A stretch of 61,490 nt of DNA, the filler included, from Sphacelaria rigidula (Eukaryota): assembly GCA_964200075.2 (NCBI GenBank). It is 5 parts of 5 records of this genome, joined end to end, with 100 filler letters (N's around TTAATTAATTAA, not from the genome) between each part and the next. Parts side by side here need not be neighbours in the genome. Positions count along the whole stretch, not along the records: positions 24,639 to 36,857 come from CAXNAA020003997.1; positions 36,958 to 49,174 come from CAXNAA020003998.1; 3 more parts are not named here. The stretch is one strand, 5' to 3'. Both the position numbers and the translations under genes were made by a program. Within the stretch, counting starts at the first letter, position 1. Every line of letters begins with the position of its first letter. Positions 27,192 through 37,092 of this stretch are shown piece by piece. The notes under the pieces were generated by a model. The model saw only the letters and a program-made list of their open reading frames with translations, was not told the DNA's origin and made no database searches.

Positions 27192-28235
27192 TGTTGCAGG
27201 TTAAGGGCAACGCCCGGTTAAGGGCAACTTTTCGCTTAAGGGCAAGCGGTGCGGAATAAGGGCAAGCGCCCCTGACTATGGGGAAGCGCACCTGGGTAAG
27301 GGGAAGCGCCCCTGATTATGGGGAAGCGGACCTGACTATGGGGAAGCGCACCTGACTATGGGGAAGCGCACCTGGGTAAGGGGAAGCACATCTGGGTAGG
27401 GGGAAGCGCGCCTGGGTAGGGGGGAGCGCACCTGGATACGGGCAAGCGCCTCTGATTATTGACATCTGCCCCTAGCGACGGAGAAGCGATACACGTATCG
27501 TCAACATATTCCCGAATCAGCCGAAGTATGCCAAACTGTCTAGGGCGTGCTAAGGACCCACGATACGTGTGTCTCTGGCTCGTGGGCACATGATACAGGT
27601 GTCTCTCGCTTGTGGGCACGCGATACAGGTTAGGGTTCGGGTTAGGGTTAGGGTATCGTGGGTCCTTAGTGTAATGCGTGAGAGGACCGCGTGCTTAGAG
27701 GACCGCACCGTAGTTCAAAACACCTCAGGATCGACGTTTTTCAAAACCAATCCGGCCAGTCCCTGCAGGTACTACGCCCCTGACCATATCCCCGACACTA
27801 ACCCTAACCCTAACCCTAACCCTAACCCTAACCATAGGGATATTCAAATTCCGATACGGTCCTCTAAGCACGCGGTCCCCTCACGCATTACACTTAGCAC
27901 GCCCTAGACAGTTTGGCATTCTTCGGCTGATTCGGGAATATGATGACGATACGCGTATCGCTTCTCCGTCGCTAGGGGCAGATGCCAATATTCAGGGGCA
28001 CTTGCCCGTACCCAGATGCGCTCCCCCCTACCTAGTTGCGCTTCCCCTTCCCCGGGTGCGCTTCCTCCTACCTAGGTGCGCTTCCCCATAGTCAGGGGCT
28101 CTTGCCCCTAATCCGGGCCGTCCCCCCCTAACCAGGGGCGCTTCCCCATAGTCAGGGGCGCTTGCCCTTAATCCGGACCGCTTGCCCTTAAGCGAAAAGT
28201 TGCCCTAAACCGGGCGTAGCCCTTAACCTGCAACA
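27192..28235. mobile_element. Non-autonomous foldback DNA transposon with TGT...ACA ends and 5-bp TSD GGGCC
   Basis: Ends TGTTGCAGGTTAAGGGC / GCCCTTAACCTGCAACA; TSD GGGCC at 27187-27191 and 28236-28240; inverted arms of about 360-375 bp containing 20-bp tandem units (gggaagcgcacctgactatg-like). Confidence 0.92.
27670..27892. mobile_element. 223-bp MITE with TGT...ACA ends, 36-bp TIR, 5-bp TSD CTTAG and (CTAACC)6
   Basis: TIR tgtaatgcgtgagaggaccgcgtgcttagaggaccg with one mismatch; CTTAG at 27665-27669 and 27893-27897; telomere-type repeat at 27798-27833. Confidence 0.92.
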
Positions 28236-29059
28236 GGGCCTCAGCGGGGTACGAATCCGAAAGAGACATTAGTTCAGTCATTGGCGCGACTGCCCGGACC
28301 CCTACTTGAAATGCCAAGGCAGAACCCTCGCGAACGTGCGTTACTACCATGCCGACACGTAACTGATCCCCTTTGGAAGCTCGGAATCGCACGTCCACCC
28401 GATCTGCTGTACCCCACTCAGGTCGACGCAACTGCGTCCGTCTCTTGAAAAGGGCCACATCCCTTCTACGCAAACAGTGAAGTGGGTGATAAGAATGAAC
28501 AAAACCCACAAACATCTCGGGAGACCTCGTCAGAAAGAAAAAAGAGGCACACAAGCTCAGCCATAGCACGCGACCACCTGGACCCCATCCAAGCGACAAA
28601 CATTCCGCGTCCATAAGCACTGACAGCGCCACCGGACGTCTAACTCGCTGCTGTGATCCTACCAAAGCGTGACTTCGCCTCATTCCCATCAATACATGTT
28701 TCATTGACAAGTGCTGAATGTCCGAGTCGACAGCCCTCTCCGTTCGATGGAAATATGCCACTGCAGCTGAATGACTTGCCACGGTGTTCGACCACGACCC
28801 TTTCTTTGCACACGCATAACCTATGTACTCAATCAATGACCACATGTTATGTATCGCCTCATCGCGGCCACTCAAAAACACGACTCGGTTCATCTCCCGC
28901 CGGAACTTGACCCAGGAGCCAAAATACCCCTCGTAAGTTCTCGCAGATGACGGTGCGATGGCATTTCGGACAAGCCCGCGGCCAAAATGCAGGAACACAG
29001 ATGCCTCCCCTCTGCCCGATGTCCTGCATATGCCATTGGACATCGGGACGCCGGGACGA

Positions 29060-30846
29060 GGGGTTAGCGGAGATACGATTATGTGGCCATCGCGAAATAC
29101 CATCAGCAACATCAATGAGAGTGCCGGCACGTGCTTCGCCTCAGCTCGAACTTTTTGCCCAAGCCGTGATTCCTTTTCACGCATACCTTATTCCTCATCG
29201 CACAAGTCATAACGCCACCATAAGCCCGACTGCAGACAATATCCGCCAACCGCAGCACCCGATGCGTCCGAAAACAAGGACAACGTGGGTGGGCGCAACG
29301 CCAATCGGTACACCGGGGGCGATACTACTGCTCCATCCCGCGACAATCCGTCACCCAACCAGCCAACGCCACATGTCTAACTCATCGTGGAACTCCGGGC
29401 TCAGAACCACCACTCGCGACCTCGTCGCCGCCCTCTTTTGAAAATCATTCCCCGTCACCACACGGGACGAGGAGGGGCGGCGCACCCCTGCCGATGCGAG
29501 CATGCAGTGTACAAAAAACTTCCCCGGACGCAAAACGTAGGAGACGTGTGGCAGGAAATCGGTCGATGACGAAATGTCCCTCACTGTCGCACACTTGCGA
29601 TCCCGAGGCCATTGCAACATCAGCTTTTGCAATTTTGAGACCTCTGCCTTTGAAAGCGAGATTGACAGGGAGTCAGTATCAATCACCCATCCTAGCACTT
29701 CCAACCGGGTGTCCCACGCCGACATTTTCTTGGCGTCTAACAACGGGGGTTCATCCTCCCCCCTCTCATCCAGTAAACGATAATGATCTGATATAAAGGG
29801 CCTCGACGCGCACAAACATCGCCTGCCGTCAGGAAAATAATGTACTTCCACCAATATACTATCGTCAACGTAGATACACATAAAAAGTGGTCGCCCACCC
29901 CGCCATCAACTCCCGGAACGATCTTACAGTCTGGGGGCAGACGTGCAACGCATTCCTGTCGGCGTGATGCCACCTTGATAGACTGAGCATCACAACGACC
30001 GAAATCCGTTCCCGCGTGTGTGAAACATTTTGTGTTGATGTGAGATTGTTCCAAGGCCGCCGCTGGCAATCCCCAAAAGCTGGGACTGCTGCGCTAACCG
30101 AATTCCAGGCACAGATCAATGACCGCCAAATCACAAAACACGTACCCGAAATAAGCGGCACGTGCTGGGTCCACCAACACTTGGCGAAATGCCTCCTTGA
30201 CATCCAGTTTACTCAGCACAATGCGGGCCGCGGGGCCAAATTTCTGTCGTAAGAACAAAATCCACATCAGAACTGCACGCAGCGCCCCACCGATGTCACA
30301 CGGCGGTGCCTGCAAGCAATCTGTGTCCGCACTAACACTGGTGTGCGGCGCTCGACGGGGGGCGGAAGTGAGATCATGTATGATACGAAATTTGGGTTGC
30401 ACCACCACTCCAAGTGGAGAAATACGAAATAATTTAATATCGAAGATCCGTCTCACGTCGAATACCAGTGCGCGACCGTTCCTAACATCCAAGCGCAGCT
30501 GTTCATATATACGGTCCTGGTGCTCACCCACCTCACTATGATTCCCATAGTTAATCGCATTAAGCAAATCACCGTCGGGTTGGATATCAACGAGTACACC
30601 CCGTTTTAGCACTTTTACCAACAAAGTGATCTCCGGGAAACCCTTGAAGTCACCAAACCATTGACGAACACGTTGAACGTCTACTTGCGATCGGAAAGAT
30701 TTTTGCCCTACTCGATTAACGAAAACTTCATCATTGCCGTCACACGTGCGCAAAATGGCCGAGTCTATATCTGCAATGCAGGTATGGTGCAGTACCGCCT
30801 GGGTCCCAGTCAGGTTACGTAACTGCTCAACCCCGGATTTTTCCAC
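29060..30846 (-). pseudogene. Reverse transcriptase-RNase H of DIRS/Ngaro type (frameshifted, RNase H internally shortened)
   Basis: SPLGVVVQPKFRIIHDL, SKLDVKEAFRQV, EFG*RSSP, catalytic YVDD near 29870, LEVLGWVIDT, RNase H FSDASGAAVGG near 29270, and HVP..VADGISR near 29110 in a shifted frame. Confidence 0.92.
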
Positions 30847-30879
30847 GTCTTACAGCAGCATCGAAAATTAACATCATCA

Positions 30880-33011
30880 CACACATCCAACATACTAGAA
30901 CCACAGTTCGCCATGGAACCTGACACCAGCATATCACTCTCGTATCCGCCTTGCTGCCGTCCCAGAGCGGCGCGTGCCAAGTCCCGCAACCCCATTCTAT
31001 TCTGGTTCGTGCGCATTCCGACGTTCCTGTCCTGGGTTGGCCCCGCCTCAAGGCGAAGCCCGTCCCCCTGGCCCGACCTTCCTGCACGCGCCACCGTACC
31101 ATTGCCACCCCGTGAACCTCCGTCCCCACTAAACGCTCCCCCGCCGTCATCGCTACCCTCCGCAATCCGAACTCGCGGTCCCGATACCTGCGTGGTCTGG
31201 GACCGACTGCTGCCGCTGGTACCGGGAGCAGGGACCCCGGTGTCGGAGGTGCGGGTCCCACTGGATCGGCCAGCACCACTGCCGCTACTACCGGTGGCGA
31301 CGCTGGAGTTACCACCCCCTCCCGATTGTGGCACGTCGTGACTGAACCTGCATCTGTCCCCCCACCGACAGTAGCTGTTGCTCAGAAAACCAAAGTACGG
31401 CTAGCTCCGCCGCACTCGCTTGGCCGCCGAGTACCCGCCGTCTCCGGCTGCGGTGCCCCAATTCCCTGCACCTCGGTTGCCGGAGCCCGATCCACTCCCC
31501 CCACCCCCCCCAGCGGTGGAGCTTCCTGTTCCCCTCTCTTCCGACGCGTCAATGTACCCCGCTCTCGCCTTTCGCACAGCGTCGCCCCCGGTCTCGATGA
31601 CCGAGCGTAGCTGATAAAAAACGGGAACAACCGGAGAGGGGAGAACGCCGGCCGACGGTGGCGGAGAACGCTTATTCGCGAACAACTGCTGCGACCACTG
31701 TGCCAAGGCATCAGACCACTTGCCAAGGTCAGAGTTGATGATGAGGGTCGTGGTGTCAGTACCCGCGCGCTGCGTCATCTTATCGAAGTGGGTGTTGGTG
31801 TACGACCGAATATCGGAGGTCATCTTCGCAAAGGCCGCCGTAAGCGCCTCCACCCCACGGGCACACATCGCGTCCTCTGCACCGGACGGCGCTCCCAGAC
31901 CGGCACCCAGCCAGCGCCCGAAGGCTTCACCCATTAGACTCAAACGATCCGGCAGGGATATCTCGTCGCTCGACGTAGAACCCGCGGCACCGCGCGGCAT
32001 GATTGCTGCAACGTCGAGTAATGAGAGAGTGCGGGCCATGCTCGCGACTTTCGAAGAGACGTGTAATGGCACCCAGGACCCCCTGCAACTCAGGTGGACT
32101 AATTGACTGTGCTCGCGGTTTGCCGGTGAGGAGCCACCACTTACGTAACGCGGCGTCCTGCCGAAGCTGCACACGATCCCGCACCTCGTACTTTCGTCGC
32201 TGGCCCACCTCAGCCCAAGCTGCAGCCTGGTTTGCCGCTGGCTGCTGTCCACCCCACGGCTGCACGTCGGTTCAAGCCCCGCCTCCACCCACGGATCCCC
32301 AACCGGCAAGGGTTGCGGTCTGCAGGTCGGTGTTGTCCCAACGAGCAGCGGGAAGCGCGGTTTGTGCTGCCATTGAACCGATGTGGAAGGTGTTTGATCC
32401 CCAGCCAGCCTCTGCAACTTCCCCGCGCGGCTCAGCGCGTACACCTGGCGTCCCTGGCCATACCACCGCTGGACGAGCCGGTGACCGCAGGGACACATCG
32501 CCAGCGACGGTAGTGAGCGGCCTAGCTGCCTCTGTGCCAGAACTCCTGACCATCGCATGGGAAAGATTACTATCATCGGGGCGGCTGACGGGTGCTACGG
32601 GTCTCGCCCGTGATGAAACTAACTGTTGGACCACCTCCCTCAACTGGCGAACCTCGTCTGCAACCGAGGTCATCTTCGAACCTAAACCCTCCATGCTCGT
32701 CTTGGTGCCCTCAACGTTGTCGGCGATGGTGTCCACGCGGTCGCCAATGCGGCCCATATGTTCAGTGATGTCGCCCACCTGGTTGTCTCAAGTGTCGATC
32801 TGTTGGATCGTAGCCCGCGGCAATCCTACCGCCATCCCATCGTCGAGGACGAGCCACCCCGACGCAGGGTCATCACTATGCGTGTTCCCGCTGTGTGCCG
32901 CTGACCTGGTGGAACACGACCTCGTCTGGGATCAGGCGCGGAAGCGGGCGTCGTGGCCTTTTGTTTACCATTGCCCCCCGCCCTCGCTGAAACTCCTCCT
33001 GACGACGGCAT
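30880..33011 (-). pseudogene. gag-like ORF1 of the YR retrotransposon (stops and frameshifts)
   Basis: ATG at 33011 at the edge of the 5' repeat; coiled-coil stretch (GDRVDTIADNVEGTKTSMEGLGSKMTSVADEVRQLREVVQQL); Gly/Ser-rich C-terminal part; lies upstream of RT. No zinc knuckle recognised. Confidence 0.6.
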
Positions 33012-33370
33012 ATTGGTCAGAGCCGTGAGACCGGAAAATGAAAACTTCAGAAAATACTTGGGACGCACCAGCTACGGCAGCGATTCGAGATGTTGTAACT
33101 CGCTGATAGTCGCGACGCCCGTATCCCGTAACTCACATATCTCGGGCTTACTCCACACCCCACCACTGTCGCATAGTCGTGCTTGCACTTGCCCTTGTAT
33201 CTCGGTTGCTTCCTACACACTGAGGCTCTGAACTGACTTATGCACACGATCACATCACATCTGTTCCGATACGGCTTCAAGATGCTTCAACCGCAATCCG
33301 GATTTGGAAAATTCCTATCCGCTTCCGCACAAAAGCTCGATTCGTTTTCAAACACAGAATCGAATATTTT
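33007..33370 (-). repeat. 5' terminal direct repeat (A1) of the YR retrotransposon
   Basis: Aligns by eye with 26063-26390 (shared ggacgcaccagctacggcagcgattcgagatgttgtaactc and cctatccgcttccgcacaaaagctcgattc). Confidence 0.85.
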
Positions 33371-33809
33371 GTACTCGGCTCTCGAATCTGTGCATTAATA
33401 AAAGCCCTGTGCACAGGGCAGGTGTGTGTGTGTGGGGGGGGGGCATGTTCCGAAAATGCCAGCCACCCCGAATGTAAGTGCTCACGAAGAAAAAGTGACA
33501 ACGCCAACTGGCAGTACCCTAGGTCTCTGCCAGCCAACCTCAAGGACAGCCTCGAGTAAACACTCCCACTCTCTATATAGTATACGATAAACAGTAGATT
33601 GAGCACATACAGACGATACAACGTTGAGGATACCTGTCGCTCCTGTCCCCCCCTCCCGTTTTTTCGAAATGGAAAGAATAAAAACCAAGAGAACTTCTGT
33701 GCCGACAACGAGTTGACGCGAGAATGATCATGTCGATTGTACATTTGCCCTAATCGTGGCAAGCGTTCAGGTCCTTCGCCACATGAAACAGGGGACATTC
33801 CATCTTTTA

Positions 33810-35610
33810 TTCGAGGCCTCATGTCGTTGTTCGTTCCTCGTGAAGGATGATCTCTCCTGTGGATGGGACGTGAAATGTGTCTTCACATGGATGAGGTATG
33901 GGAATCTCATGGCAGAGGCGTCATTTGTTTCTTCTCGTGGGTGAGGCATATTATATCTTCTCGTGTGCGGGGCATCACATATCTCTTCTCGTGGATGAGG
34001 CATTACAGCTCTTCTCGCGAACGAGACATCAGATATTTTTCTCGTGGACGAGTCATTATATCTCTTCTCGCGCACGAGGCATCAGACATCTCTTCTCGTG
34101 GATCAGGCACTACAGCTCTTCTCGCGGACGACGCATCCGATATTTCTTCACGTGTGTGAGGCATTATATCTCTTCTCATCAACGAGGGATCGTAGATCCT
34201 CTACTCGTGGATGAGGCATTTTATCTTCTCTCGCGAACGAGGCATCAGACGTCTCTTCTCATGGATGAGACATTACAGCTCTTCTCGCGAACGAGACATC
34301 AGATATTTCTTCTCATGGATGAGGCATTATATTTCTTCTCGCGAACGGGGCATCGGAGATTTTCTACTCGTGAATGAGGCATTATATCTCTTCTCGCGAT
34401 CCGATATTTCTTCAAGTGTGTGAGGCATTACATCTCTTCTCACGAACGAGGCATCGGAGATTTTCTACTCGTGGATGAGGCATTTTATCTCTTCTCGCGA
34501 TCGAGGCATCAGACATCTCTTCTTGTGGATGAGGTATTATATTTCGTCTCGCGAACGAGGCATCAGATAGTTCTTCTCATGGATGAGGCATAAGATTATA
34601 TCTTCTCGCGAACGAGGCATCAAACATCTCTTCTTGTGGATGAGGCATTATACCTCTTCTCGCGAACGAGGCGTCATAAATCCCTTCCCGCGAATGAGGT
34701 ATTATATCTCTTCTCGGGAACGAAGCATTAGATATCTCCTCCCATGGACAAGACATTAAACACCGTTTCTTACAAATTGGGGATGGACCTTTTATTGGGG
34801 ATAAGAAGTCCGGAGAATTAAAATCTCCGTACCCACACCAAATCTCCGAAATATGGTCCCATTTCTCGACCCACTGATCGCTTTTGACAATTGTTACACG
34901 TCGTGTATATTTGGATCTCTATAACTGAAATGTTGGGGTCCTAGGTGAAAAACCAGTCTTGGGGAATTCTGGGTGTCCGAACGGACGCCAAAATGGTTCC
35001 GAAATTGGTTTTACACCTAGGGCCGCAACATACCGGTGATCGAAATCAAACTTTCTATGGCGTGTAGCAGTTGTTAATAGCTATCAGTAAGTGAAAGAAT
35101 GGAACCATATTTCGATTTGGTGCGGATACCGAGATTCTAATTCTCCGGTTTTCTCATCTCCAGTAAAAGATCCATCCCCAATTTGTGATATCCCGTGTTA
35201 TTATGTATCTTCTCGCGAACGAGGCATCAGACATTTCTTCTTGTGGATGAGGCATAGATATTTCGTGTCGTAGATGAGGCAACATATATCTTCTCGCGAA
35301 TGAGGCATCGAGGATCTCTTCTCACGGATGAGGCATAGATATTTTCACAATTGTTCTCGCGGATGCGGCATCAGATAGGTCTTCTCGCAAATGAGGCATT
35401 ACATATCTCTTCTCGTGAATGAGTCATCATATTAGCCGGCTCGTGAATGATGCATCAGAGTAGTCATCTCGTGAATGAGGCATTATATTTCGTCTCGTGG
35501 ATGAGGCATTTCATATCTCTTCTCGTGAAGGAGTCAGCAGATATTTGTTTTCGTGGATGAGGCACAAATAGCTCACGTGAGATTCAAACCTGCTGCACGT
35601 GGATGATGCC
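33810..35610. repeat. Minisatellite of 26-28-bp units, often alternating as a ~54-bp dimer
   Basis: Dozens of units such as atgaggcattatatctcttctcgcga and acgaggcatcagacatctcttctcgtgg; more degenerate at both edges; interrupted at 34759-35199. Confidence 0.92.
34759..35199. mobile_element. Foldback MITE (~440 bp) inserted in the satellite
   Basis: Imperfect inverted arms of about 200 bp (acaaattggggatgga / tccatccccaatttgt; cctaggtgaaaaacca / tggttttacacctagg); possible 4-bp TSD ATTA. Confidence 0.8.
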
Positions 35611-36560
35611 TTATGTATCGCTTGGTGAGGGCAGTGATAATATCTCTACACGATGATACCCTTCGAAAGCACAGAGTGGGCGGGTAGGAAAACGATGCAA
35701 CCCCTCCCAGAATGCTCACAGTACAAAGTACAGTGTTCCGCTTGTACCACCTTCAACACGCGCACTGCCTGCAATCGAACAGTAAGTTGGCTAGATGTTG
35801 AGGCCGCCGTTCTGCACGCCTGCTATCACGTCTGCCTACCAATCTCAGTGTGTTAAATGACAATCGCTTCGATTTTCGGTATCAGCGATACAGACGTTCC
35901 AAACCCTGAGCCTTTCCGGTTATGTTCGTCATCTCACATGTATCATGATCGATGCGTGATTTACTTGAATTCAATAATGCAATTGGAAATTCTTTCGGTC
36001 CCACAAAACACATTATTGTTATTATAACTCGATTGGGAATATTCCACCTACTACAGTAGAGTTTACCACATTGTAGATATGGAAATTTCTGACTTGGTTT
36101 TAGTGGAAACCCCGAAATCCGGACCTCTAATGGGAGCTATGCTCCTGGTAAAATGCGTTTTCGTCCAAATCGACGCCGCAGGCGCCGATTTGAGGTCTGG
36201 AAACCCACACTTTGCCTAGGGAACATGCTGCACTCCTCTTGCGCGAGGGTTCTCGGTATGGCTTCGTTGGGGTGAGGGTTGGGGTTAGGGCTAGTGTTAG
36301 AGTTATTCAAAATCATGAATTTCCGAGAAGGTTCCATGCCCATGCACCAAGTGATAAACTATGCCCTCGTTCCCGAAAGGTTGAGGCCAAGCTGGCCGGA
36401 AAAGTGAACTAGACTCGTCCTCTCTGTGGGGCGCGCAAAGTGCCCAAGGCGTACGATGGCGATATTCCTTGTTTGGGGGCGAGAACCCTGCCAAAGGTTC
36501 CGAAAGTGGAACATATACGACCCCCCCAAAAAAACAAAACCAACAGCCAAAATACGGGCA

Positions 36561-36857
36561 CACACGCGACCATTTGTCTACCTCCCCAAACTTCCTCCGG
36601 GGCAGTCAACGTTTCGAGCCTCCGGAGGAATTGAACGCCTCCGGAGGGGTGCGCGCCCCCCCGAGGAGTGCGTTTTGGTTTCCTGCAGAGCGATTAAAGG
36701 CCTTTGGAAGCTTCTTTTTGCCTCTGGAGGGCCGCGCATCCCTCCGGAGGCATTTTGCTACCCCCAAGTTCCTCCGGAGGGGTACGCGGCCCTCCAGGGT
36801 GGTCGTGCTTGGTTCCCTCTAGAGGGGCTGAAGGCCTCCGGAGGTTTATTTCGCCTC
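36561..36857. mobile_element. Left end of a related TIR element with CCTCCGGAGG palindromes (cut by contig end)
   Basis: cacacgcgaccatttgtctacc resembles the 46878-48670 TIR and is followed by several cctccggagg palindromes. Confidence 0.65.
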
Positions 36858-36957
36858 NNNNNNNNNNNNNNNNNNNNNNNNNNNNNNNNNNNNNNNNNNN
36901 NTTAATTAATTAANNNNNNNNNNNNNNNNNNNNNNNNNNNNNNNNNNNNNNNNNNNN
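36858..36957. other. Artificial contig linker
   Basis: Same 100-bp spacer. Confidence 0.98.
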
Positions 36958-37092
36958 TTCGTTTTTTCTCTCTTTCTTCCCATCGGGTTGGGTGGCCTCC
37001 CGGGGTTGTGTTTCCCCCCGGGGGCCCGCCCCCCCCCCCCCCCCCCCCCCCCCCCCGAGGCATTTTGGGGTGTAGCCAAATGGCCGCGTGTG
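36958..37092. mobile_element. Right end of a TIR element of the same family (cut by contig start)
   Basis: gtagccaaatggccgcgtgtg followed by TA matches the right TIR at 48650-48670. Confidence 0.6.

Larger units (their letters stand above)
26900..29000 (-). pseudogene. Tyrosine recombinase (YR) of the retrotransposon, interrupted by the 27192-28235 insertion
   Basis: AIAPSSARTY..W N-terminal domain, FFFLTRSPE (R), SKGDQ (K); after the insertion FGLHSFRIGGA (HxxR) and RWKSGAYKPYVR (W, Y). One frameshift near 27020. Confidence 0.92.
26063..33370 (-). mobile_element. Tyrosine-recombinase retrotransposon (Ngaro/DIRS-like), decayed
   Basis: Minus-strand order gag-like, RT, RNase H, YR, bracketed by a diverged direct repeat at about 33007-33370 and 26063-26390. 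No methyltransferase domain was seen between RNase H and YR. Confidence 0.88.

Noticed and set aside
27798-27833. Telomere or chromosome-fusion site
   Set aside because: Only six units, internal to a TIR element with a TSD.
28168-28235. C-terminal tail of the 338-aa YR ORF (LLQVKGYARFRATFRLRASGPD)
   Set aside because: Read-through into the inserted element; the true YR continues at 27186 and below.
32003-33028. 341-aa plus-strand ORF
   Set aside because: Antisense shadow of the GC-rich gag-like region; no recognisable domain.
33810-35610. CRISPR-like array or repeat protein (PHPREE, RHYISSRERG ORFs)
   Set aside because: No unique spacers, no cas genes, eukaryotic context; frequent indels break every frame.
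36561-37092. Left and right TIRs of one family on either side of gap 3, suggesting one element spanning the gap
   Set aside because: The contigs are ordered by length, so the pairing is most likely chance; contigs often break inside abundant repeats.
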